Source of the DNA: Octopus vulgaris
Lineage: Eukaryota
Assembly (NCBI GenBank): GCA_951406725.2
Contig: OX597829.1
Coordinates: forward strand, 35,340,001 to 35,404,000
DNA length: 64,000 nucleotides
Reading direction: 5' to 3'
Shown: positions 53,954 through 64,000 of the stretch, in pieces
Numbering within the stretch: position 1 is the stretch's first letter
Layout: every line of letters starts with the position of its first letter
The notes under the pieces: model-generated
What the model saw: only the letters and a program-made list of their open reading frames with translations
Told to the model about the DNA's origin: nothing
Database searches by the model: none
Position numbers and translations under genes: made by a program

Positions 53954-55864
53954 TCACATCGACAATGCTCTTCTCAATACGTGTGATGTACCAGTTAAGA
54001 CAATCTTTTGCACTTCTTGCAGGGATGGTAAGCCAGGGATCATTCTCATATAATTTTCGGTTCCCTTCTTGATCATTCCTAGTGCTCCTACGATCACTGG
54101 TATTGTAACCGCCTTGAGATGCCACATTTTCTCAATTTCAATGAGTAGGTCTTTATATTTTCTGAGCTTGTCAAACTCTTTCGCTGAGATATTATGATCA
54201 CAGGGGATGCTCATGTCGATCAATAAGCAAACTTTATTGTTTTGGTCTTTCACAACAATATCTGGTTTATTGGCCTTGATGGTTCGGTCTGTATGTACTG
54301 GAAAGTCCCACAGAATGGTTACATTTTCTCCTTCAGTTACAGCCTCAGGGTGGTGATTATACCACTTGTCGGCAGTTTTGATATTGTAATGCTGACTTAT
54401 TAGCCAGTGGAGATATTGGCCAACTCTGTCATGTCTTAATTTATACTCCACTGGTGCTAAGACTTTACATCCAGAGATTAGGTGGTCCACTGTTTCAATC
54501 ATGTCGTTGCAGAATCGGCATTTTGGGTCTGCTCCATTTTTCATCACATTGGCCTGGTAGTTCCGGGTTAATAGGCTTTGGTCTTGAGCAGCCAGGAGGA
54601 AACCTTCGCTCTCTGCTTTTAGCCCTGAGCTCCGCAGCCACTGATGGGTTTGCTTCTGGTCAACATCAGCTTGTTTGCTGCGGGTCACATATTTGCCGTG
54701 CAGAGGTTTCTCCTCCCATCTATCAGCCAATTGCTCGTGCGCTTTTTTCATTGCCATCATTTTCACCTTCTTTGCAACAATAGTTGCCGTACTTCCCTCG
54801 GGTTGTTCAGTTTGGGTATCCTGCACGAGATCAATAGCAAATTTTTTGCTTTCCTTGATAGAATGAAGCTTCTTTCGTCTCTCGTGATTTTCCACGAGCT
54901 TTAGCATCCAGTCATTCGATATTTCGAGATATTTGGCCAGTCCAATTGTGGTTGTTTTGTAAGCTAGTTCAAATTGGATCAGGCCTCGACCTCCTTGGGC
55001 TCTGGGAAGGTAAAGGCGATCTACGTCTGCCTTTGGGTGGTGCATCCTATTACAACTCAGCAGCTTGCGTATTTTTCTATCTATATTCTTTACTTCACTC
55101 ATATTCCAGTTCAACACATTGTAGCTATAAGTAACAACTGGAACTGCTAAGGAATTTATAGCTAACACCTTGTTACGTGCATTTAGTTCAGATTTCAGGA
55201 CTGCACGAACTCTCCTATAACATTCCTTCCTGATTTTCTCTTTCATGCTTGCATGCTGAATACCAGAGCCTTCATTTATCCCTAAATATTTGTATGTCTG
55301 TTCTTGCTCAAGCTCTCTTATGACTGTGTCAACATCTAACACGACTGAATTTGTGGTCTTCACTTTCCCTTTCTGGAAAGTGGCCTTGGCACACTTCTCA
55401 AGTCCAAACTCCATCCCGATGTCATCGCTGAATGCTTTCACGGTGCGCAATAGGCCTTCAAGTTCATTATTGTCTTTACCATAAAGTTTTAAGTCATCCA
55501 TATAAAATAGATGGCTTATTTTTTTATTGGCAATTTTATACCCATACCCTGTTCTGTTTAATTCACTTGTAAGGGGTATTAGGGCTATGCAGAATATTAA
55601 AGGTGAAAGTGAGTCACCTTGAAAAATTCCACAGTTGATGTTTATATTTTCTGAGGCAAGTACTCCATTAGAGTGGTATAATTGGAGATTCGTATTCCAC
55701 AACGACATATTGTGCTTCAGGAAGTTTGAAATCACAGGGGAAATTTTAAAGATGTCCAGCGATCTCAAGATCCATGGATGCGGTATACTGTCGAAGGCCT
55801 TTTTATAGTCAATCCATGCGGTGCTGAGATTTCTGCGCTTGTTGTGACAGTTCTCAAGGATCAT
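53954..55864 (-). CDS. R4/Dong ORF, C-terminal half: reverse transcriptase, CCHC knuckle, restriction-like endonuclease
   Basis: WIDYKKAFDS, GIFQGDSLSP, YMDD, YKYLG, CRFC..ETVDHLISGC, RHD, KPDIV..IDMSIP and K..KY. Confidence 0.95.
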   Translation of the reverse strand: MILENCHNKRRNLSTAWIDYKKAFDSIPHPWILRSLDIFKISPVISNFLKHNMSLWNTNLQLYHSNGVLASENININCGIFQGDSLSPLIFCIALIPLTSELNRTGYGYKIANKKISHLFYMDDLKLYGKDNNELEGLLRTVKAFSDDIGMEFGLEKCAKATFQKGKVKTTNSVVLDVDTVIRELEQEQTYKYLGINEGSGIQHASMKEKIRKECYRRVRAVLKSELNARNKVLAINSLAVPVVTYSYNVLNWNMSEVKNIDRKIRKLLSCNRMHHPKADVDRLYLPRAQGGRGLIQFELAYKTTTIGLAKYLEISNDWMLKLVENHERRKKLHSIKESKKFAIDLVQDTQTEQPEGSTATIVAKKVKMMAMKKAHEQLADRWEEKPLHGKYVTRSKQADVDQKQTHQWLRSSGLKAESEGFLLAAQDQSLLTRNYQANVMKNGADPKCRFCNDMIETVDHLISGCKVLAPVEYKLRHDRVGQYLHWLISQHYNIKTADKWYNHHPEAVTEGENVTILWDFPVHTDRTIKANKPDIVVKDQNNKVCLLIDMSIPCDHNISAKEFDKLRKYKDLLIEIEKMWHLKAVTIPVIVGALGMIKKGTENYMRMIPGLPSLQEVQKIVLTGTSHVLRRALSM

Positions 55865-55872
55865 ACGATTGA

Positions 55873-57639
55873 TTAGCAGTTGATCTTTGCATCCGTAAGA
55901 GCCTCGGCGGCACCCTTTTTGTTCAATGGGGAAAAATCGTTCTTCTCCATGAATGCATATGTTTTCTCCGCCAGGATAGATGTTAGGATTTTATACGTGG
56001 TGGATAGACAGGTTATAGGCCGATAGTTTTTTGGAAGGTTGGTTTCGTTATTCTTTGGGAGTAAGTAAGTAATGCCACTTGCTAACCATTCAGGTGTTTT
56101 CTTTGGGTCTCTCAAAATTCCATTGAGCAGCTGAACTAGCTTACCGTGTGCGCACGGGAGCGATGCGAGCCAGAAATTCGGCACCCTATCTTTACCGGGG
56201 GATTTCCAATTATGGGCCTTCGTGAGTGCCTTTCTTAGGTCTGCTATTGTGATGTTTTCCCATGCTTGTTGTTGTAAATTTTGGTAGGATCCTTCAGTTT
56301 GTATAATCCAGTCTGCATTTATGTTGTACGTCTTCTTGTCACTCCAAATCCTTTCCCAAAAGTTTTGAACTTCTTCCATGGGAGGGGGGTCTTTAACGGT
56401 TACTTTCTCCTTCCCTATTTCTCTGTAGAATTTTTTGGCATTGGATGTGAACAGCTTATTTTGCTTGTAAAACTTGTTTCTCTTCTCAAATCTTCGTATT
56501 CTTTGGGCTTTTGCTTGGACTTTTTGTTTCAGCGTTTCTTTTATTGATATCAGTTCTTCTCTTGGTGAGGATCCAAATTTTCTCTTCATCTTTCTTCCTG
56601 TTCTGGATCTTACATCATTTCCACATATTAGTTCATTTAATATTGATATTTCCCCTCTCATAAATTCAATCTCTTTTTCAATTTTACTTCTCCAGGTTTG
56701 ATTTCTTCCCAGGTTTTGTTTTCTTTGTTTTTTCGGGGGCATACAGCTGGTTTCAATTGCCCTAGCAGAAGCGTAAATAATTTCATTTAACTCAGTAAAA
56801 TCAGGTTTTAATTCTCGTATTATTTCATTTGTTACATAGTTGCCAATTTGGATTTGTTCTTTATTTTGGTTTGTATTTGAGAGTTTATGAAGTGGTTCTC
56901 TATCATTCATACTTGTATGTCTTACAACTTCAAGCGTATTCAGGATTTTCTGCCTCATTTCTGCCATAGACTCTCTGTGTTCTTCAGCAAATGCGAGATC
57001 TTCAGTTACTGTTGTTTTTTCGTTTTCCTGGCTATCTTTAACAGGTACAATAGAATTTCTTGTATCTTCAGGCCTTTGCGTACTTTGGTCAGATGGCAGT
57101 CTTTCAATTAAGCCTCGTGGCGGGCTATACTGTTCATCTGATTCTTCATTTCCTTTGTGTCTTATATTTATGTCATTTTCCGTTGCGTGCTTGATCGCAC
57201 TTATTTCACTGTCTGTGAGTCTGTTATTTCTAAAGATATCCCTCCTCACATTTGCTAATTTGTTCTCGTCCAAATAGGGCCTACTGTCTTGATTCCGTGT
57301 TCTCCATATACTGTAAGAGTTTGCGGTGTGTCTCTCTTGAGATGGCCTACCTAATGCATAGTAATAAGCGTATATTACTTCTTTATACTCTTCTCGGGTC
57401 CATTTGTTCCGCTTACATTTTTCTTTCTGTGGTGGTTGTGGTGGTGAACTTGGAGGGCTCGAGTTGGGGGATTTCCCGTTCAAGTGACCATCCATGTCCG
57501 TATTCGGAGAAGAGTTTGTGCCAGTTGATGACTTTTCGATCCCAGGCTGGCTCTTCCCTGGGGGACGCGCTTCCAGATTAACCATAGGACAAGCGATTTG
57601 GTATACTGATTTAGTTTTCCTTTTAGTTTCCAAAAACAT
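55873..57639 (-). CDS. R4/Dong ORF, N-terminal half (Myb-like region, RT subdomains 0-1); true frame shifts at ~55932-55936
   Basis: RNKWTREEYKEVIYAYY, NWKSPGKDRVPNFW and PKNYRPITCLSTTYKILT. The last ~20 aa are out of frame; the alternate frame reads FPIEQKGCRRGSYGCKDQLLINRM into the next ORF. Confidence 0.9.
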   Translation of the reverse strand: MFLETKRKTKSVYQIACPMVNLEARPPGKSQPGIEKSSTGTNSSPNTDMDGHLNGKSPNSSPPSSPPQPPQKEKCKRNKWTREEYKEVIYAYYYALGRPSQERHTANSYSIWRTRNQDSRPYLDENKLANVRRDIFRNNRLTDSEISAIKHATENDINIRHKGNEESDEQYSPPRGLIERLPSDQSTQRPEDTRNSIVPVKDSQENEKTTVTEDLAFAEEHRESMAEMRQKILNTLEVVRHTSMNDREPLHKLSNTNQNKEQIQIGNYVTNEIIRELKPDFTELNEIIYASARAIETSCMPPKKQRKQNLGRNQTWRSKIEKEIEFMRGEISILNELICGNDVRSRTGRKMKRKFGSSPREELISIKETLKQKVQAKAQRIRRFEKRNKFYKQNKLFTSNAKKFYREIGKEKVTVKDPPPMEEVQNFWERIWSDKKTYNINADWIIQTEGSYQNLQQQAWENITIADLRKALTKAHNWKSPGKDRVPNFWLASLPCAHGKLVQLLNGILRDPKKTPEWLASGITYLLPKNNETNLPKNYRPITCLSTTYKILTSILAEKTYAFMEKNDFSPLNKKGAAEALTDAKINC

Positions 57640-57749
57640 TTTGGTGCTACGATAATGTTATCATTTTTTAGCTTTGATTGGCTCGTGGGGAGACGGCCAT
57701 CATTGCCGTTACAATTATAATCGTACCATTATAGCAGCCGTAGTCGGCT

Positions 57750-57853
57750 TATTATTGTTATTATCTTCACCATTACCATCACTATCATCACTATCACCAC
57801 CATTACCATCATCATCATCATCATCACCATCACCATCACCACCATCATCATCA

Positions 57854-57920
<67 letters not shown>

Positions 57921-57934
57921 GTTGTTGTTGTTGC

Positions 57935-57965
<31 letters not shown>

Positions 57966-57966
57966 A
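57750..57966. repeat. (CAT/CAC)n-(TTA)n-(TTG)n compound microsatellite
   Basis: Direct reading. Confidence 0.93.
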
Positions 57967-58563
57967 TTTTCCTCTTTCAAATTTGCTTCCATTTCTTGCC
58001 GAGTGTCTTCCCGACTCCTAGGGCAAAGAAACTCATAGTATACATTGGTAGGCCATTAAACTAAACTCACTAGTTCGTTCATTTTTTTTAAAGTTAAATT
58101 AAAATACATGGGTAGTAATAGTTCTCACATCGACAATGTTCTTCTCAATACGTGTGATGTACCAGTTAAGACAATATTTTGCACTTCTTGCAGGGATGGT
58201 AAGCCAGGGATCATTCTCATATAATTTTCGGTTCCCTTCTTGATCATTCCTCGCGCTCCTACGATCACTGGTATTGTAACCGCCTTGAGATGCCACATTT
58301 TCTCAATTTCAATGAGCAGGTCTTTATATTTTCTGAGCTTGTCAAACTCTTTCGCCGAGATATTATGATCACAGGGGATACTCATGTCGATCAATAAGCA
58401 AACTTTATTGTTTTGGTCTTTCACAACAATATCCGGTTTATTGGCTTTGATGGTTCGGTCTGTATGTACTGGAAAGTCCCACAGAATCATTACATTTTCT
58501 CCTTCAGTTACAGCTTCAGGGTGGTGATTATACCACTTGTCGGCAGTTTTGATATTGTAATGC
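57967..58563 (-). mobile_element. 5'-truncated ~600-bp copy of R4/Dong family A
   Basis: ORF 58125-58580 is nearly identical to the last ~145 aa of 53954-55864; same 3' UTR. Confidence 0.95.
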
Positions 58564-58584
58564 AATATCAAAAGACACAAAGGA

Positions 58585-59882
<1,298 letters not shown>

Positions 59883-60199
59883 TTTGCTCCATCCTGCTTC
59901 TGAGTATGACTGAATCACTGATGTTGATGTATAGCAGGCATCGAATGCACGCGCAACAACGTACAACGAAAGATTGGCGGTTAGTGGGATTGTTTAATTG
60001 GAGTAACATATTTTCACTGAACTTCTATTCTAAAGCGTAAGTCAGGTACAAATGATACAGTAATTGACACTGCTTAGCAAAGACCTGTAACCAGGTCTTT
60101 GAACTCTGCAAGTTGGATCTTGGTAAAGCATTTGGAAAAAAACAGAATTGAGGTAAGGTCTTGCACTTTGGCAGTATCATATAGAATTTTCATGTGCTT

Positions 60200-60415
60200 A
60201 TTAGTGTTGTCAGGAGGTATGTTGTTGTTCCTTTCTGTAAATGATAGGGAGTCGTAATAAAGTGTGGCAGATGTAGAAGAATTGCTCTATTGTCAGCTGC
60301 CGGCAAGGTTCTGGCAAGTATTCTTCTTGCCTTCCCAAATAAATACGTTGTAAATGATGTTCTATATGAATCTCAATGTAGCTTCCATTCTGGTAGAGGA
60401 ACAATAAATATGATG
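60200..60415 (+). mobile_element. RTE-clade LINE RT fragment
   Basis: RRIALLSAAGKVLASILL...VLYESQCSFHSGRGTINM matches RGISLLS..GK.LA.IL...LPESQCGFR.GRGT.DM. Confidence 0.75.
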
Positions 60416-61072
60416 AAAATGTTTTTATTTTTCATCCTTTTCGAAATTACTCTTAACTATGGTTTGTACTTTGACTGCTCCTTTTAGCATGTAAGGTGTC
60501 CTGTTAGGATCACCTCTTTTCTGTATAAGTATACACTAACTTTATATGAATAATGTGTTGTCTATTGACTATTTATGCAAGCTAGCCACTGGTAGACAAT
60601 TTCTCTAAGTTTCCTACCCCATATATATATATTTTCTTAATATGATTTTCGTAATTTTTAAGAAAGTCGGCAAATATATTTTTATTCATTGCCATTTTTA
60701 AAAGCGCTTGCGCGATGGATTTGAAAAATTATAATGTATAAAGATGAGACATGTGCTGTCTATTTATCTCATAATTATACGTTAATTTTTGCGACCTTGC
60801 TGATGAGAACGCAGATAACAAATTATTTTATTTGTTCATTAATGTTCAAAACCTAGGTACAAGTGGTAACTATTGAAAATGTTCTTGTTTTTCATTCCCT
60901 TCGGAATTACTCTTAACTGTGGTTTGGGCTTTCACTGCTCCTTTTAGCATGTAACGTATCCTGTTAAGGTCACTCTTTTGTGTACACTAATTTTATATGA
61001 ATAATATATTGTCTATTGACTATTTTATGCATACTAGCCACTGGCAGAAAATTTCTCTAATTTCTCTACCCT
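60415..61072 (+). mobile_element. Hammerhead-carrying partial tandem element (retrozyme/pLTR-like)
   Basis: ~200-bp direct repeats 60415-60620 and 60875-61072 with a hammerhead just before the second repeat. Confidence 0.75.
60796..60863 (+). ncRNA. Minimal type I hammerhead ribozyme (one core mutation)
   Basis: CUUG-CUGAUGA-GAAC..AACAAAU uauuuu AUUUGUU..GUUC-aAAAC-CUAG-GUA^CAAG; G12 to A. Confidence 0.75.
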
Positions 61073-61468
61073 ATAAATATTTTCAATGTATATATATATA
61101 TGTTTCCGGCTTCAGTCCCATGCACCAAGCCGAGTGAGTGGATTTGGTACACGGAAACTGAAAGAAGACCGTAGTATATATAGATATGTATATATATGTG
61201 TGTATGTGTGTGTGTGTGTGTGTGTGTGCGTGTGTGTGTATACATGTATCTCTGTGTGTGTGTTTTGTGTCTTTGAGTTCGTTTGACAACCGATGTTGTC
61301 ATGTTTCCGTACCCGTAACTTAACGGTTCGGCTAAAGAACCGATAGAATAACTTCTAGCCTTAAAAAATAAGTCCTGGTGTTGGTTTGTTCGGCTAAAAG
61401 GTGGTGCTCCAGCATGGTCGCAGTCAAATGACTGAAAGAAGTAAAAGAATAAAAGAATATATATATAT

Positions 61469-61525
<57 letters not shown>

Positions 61526-62154
61526 GGTATAAAAATTATATATAAAAAGGGACAAGAACGTGAAATACACAATGAGAGGAATACAAAAAACGGACGGGTC
61601 ATTCGAAGCCTTTAATCTTCAGTCAGGAACCGGATCATCATAGCAAATTTCGGCTGATTAATCCTGATATTGCTCCGAAACGGCCAGCCCCAATGAAAAA
61701 CTAAGCTGCGAGCATTAGATTTCTTGGAAAAAAGATCGAATGTAAACAAAACAATGACAGAAAAACGGACGAAGCCACACGAATATAAATACAAAAAACA
61801 AAAACAAAAATAAAAACAAGAATGGTAATAACAGGACAACAGCAGGTGTCTTACGACTTTAGACAAATTTAACTTATCTAGCAGGCGTCATATATATCAT
61901 GTATTCTGGCAAAGGGAATTACCTAAATATACCTCGTACAAGCAGTTCTTACTGACGATGCCTACAGTCACAGGCAAAAGTAGATGTAGCTTGAGGATCC
62001 TCGAGTTGGTCACGGGGCGGTTGCCTCCATTGTCAGCAAGTGTGTATACATTCTGTGGTCCTCCTACAGCATTAAGAGTATTTTCACCCTTATTTCTAGC
62101 AATGTAGGTGCTAGTGTATGTGCGTATACGCGTACACACTCGCGAGATAGATAG

Positions 62155-62187
<33 letters not shown>

Positions 62188-62227
62188 TGTATGTATATAT
62201 ACGTGGTAGATAGGAACACATGCATAA

Positions 62228-62545
<318 letters not shown>

Positions 62546-62904
62546 TCGCGACTATGTACGCGTATATGCACATACACATTCACCCAAACATGTTTCAAAC
62601 AAAAATGGCACTTGTAATAACAGTAGCACCGGAAGATAAGGAGCAATAGGATGATGGGGAGCAGCAAACAATTGATCACTTCTTAATGTTATGATTAACG
62701 TTAATAGTGTAGTTGCTACGATTGTTGTGGCTGCTGCTTTTGCTGTTGTTGTTGTTATTGATGGTATGGTGCTTTTCATACATATTTGCCATTCTTTCCT
62801 TTCCTCATTCTTTTTCCCGTTTGGATGGAAGGAAGACACACAGGGTGGGAGTTGGTGTTCGCTAAAGTAAAATAGGAAGAGAACCAGTTATTGAGATAAG
62901 AAAT

Positions 62905-62910
62905 GAGAGA

Positions 62911-62953
<43 letters not shown>

Positions 62954-63102
62954 AGAGAGAGGAGGAGAGGGAGACAAACAGTTTGACTGACGGAGAGTCA
63001 GTCAGGAGGTGGACAAAGGGAGATATATTCTGAAAGAAAGAATGAAGTAGCAGAGGAGACTGTGTTATGAAGAATGGATGCTGGAAGCAGAAATATAGGG
63101 AG

Positions 63103-63157
<55 letters not shown>

Positions 63158-63305
63158 GAAAGAGAGTGAGAGAAAAAAGAGAGAGAAAGATAGAGAGAGT
63201 GAGAGAGAGATAGATAGAAAGAAAGTGAGAGAAAGAGAGAGACTGAGAAAGTGAAGTGGAGAGAGGAGCGAGAGAGAACGATGACGGAGAAAGAGAAAGA
63301 AAGAA
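62905..63305. repeat. (GA)n-rich low-complexity region
   Basis: Direct reading. Confidence 0.9.
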
Positions 63306-63793
63306 TTGATAATAGAGGGGGTTGGTGGTGGTGAAGGTTGTTTTTAAAAGCAAAGCGGCGATTTGAAATGAACATAATAGTAGACATCATTTTACTCTTT
63401 GATAGAAACCAGATGTTACAAATAGCAAGTTGAGATGGCAATCTCAGATGTTTGCCTGCCTATGACGGAAGTAATAAATAATGTGACATACTGGACTAAT
63501 GTCATAAAAAAATCGAACAAAACCTATGCATTGAGAACCAAATATTCTTATCCCTACATACATTTCCTTCCTTCCTTCCTTCCTTCCTTCCCTCCTTCCT
63601 TCCTTCCTTCCTTCCTTTCTTTCTTTCTTTCCTTCCTACTCTTACCTCTTCTCTGCTCTAGTTTGAAAGAATAGAGCAGAGAAGGGGCTTATTATTGAAA
63701 TATTCTATAATTTAAATTTTCCACTAATCAAAATTTTAGGCCATTTAAATGATGAGCAAATGACAATGACAATATCAAACCAAAAGCAAGACT

Positions 63794-63819
63794 GCAGCAG
63801 CAGCAGCAACAACAACAAT

Positions 63820-63874
<55 letters not shown>

Positions 63875-63889
63875 GCAACAACAACAGCA
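63794..63889. repeat. (CAG)n(CAA)n microsatellite
   Basis: Direct reading. Confidence 0.95.
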
Positions 63890-64000
63890 ATCTAAAGAAA
63901 ACGAACATTAACGTCATGAAGAACAACGGTGGGAACAATAGTAACATCAACAACAGTATCGTCAACAACATGAACAATGTCGACTGCAAATATTTAGAGA

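Larger units (their letters stand above)
53776..57748 (-). mobile_element. Near-intact full-length R4/Dong-clade non-LTR retrotransposon (family A) inserted in (TAA)n
   Basis: ~110-nt 5' UTR, single long ORF broken once, ~180-nt 3' UTR, TAA repeats on both sides. Confidence 0.95.

Noticed and set aside
55925-55940. Programmed -1 ribosomal frameshift between the two Dong ORFs
   Set aside because: R4/Dong elements have a single ORF, the break falls within the RT domain, and the in-frame codons do not form a canonical slippery heptamer
61590-61700. Hammerhead-like pieces on both strands (CTGAAGA..CGAAT; CTGATTA..CGAAACGGCC)
   Set aside because: Probably a decayed pLTR-type repeat, but neither strand gives a complete fold
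61897-62139. 80-aa ORF of normal composition
   Set aside because: No recognisable domain, and it starts in microsatellite sequence; possibly an old TE fragment but unsupported

Overview
AT-rich, microsatellite-saturated eukaryotic DNA with no recognisable host protein-coding gene. The SINE and microsatellite repertoire resembles an octopus (coleoid cephalopod) genome; this is an inference. Nearly all long ORFs in the track are microsatellite artefacts. The real content is transposable elements. (1) A ~15 kb array (45.0-59.9 kb) of R4/Dong-clade RLE non-LTR retrotransposons from at least 4 families, all on the minus strand and separated by trinucleotide tracts, mostly (TAA)n. It includes one near-intact ~4 kb element with a single 1-nt frameshift and six copies of a ~565-bp non-coding passenger element. 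(2) A decayed Naiad-type Penelope-like element (PLE) and many PLE pLTR/retrozyme-like relics carrying minimal type I hammerhead ribozyme motifs with palindromic stem-III loops. One motif is fully intact (28226-28276, minus). Another has a stem-II loop antisense to the start of its own element's ORF. (3) Fragments of L1/Tx1, Hero, RTE, Gypsy and mariner elements, a non-autonomous Helitron, tRNA-derived SINEs and several foldback elements. All calls come from reading the sequence by eye; no searches were run.
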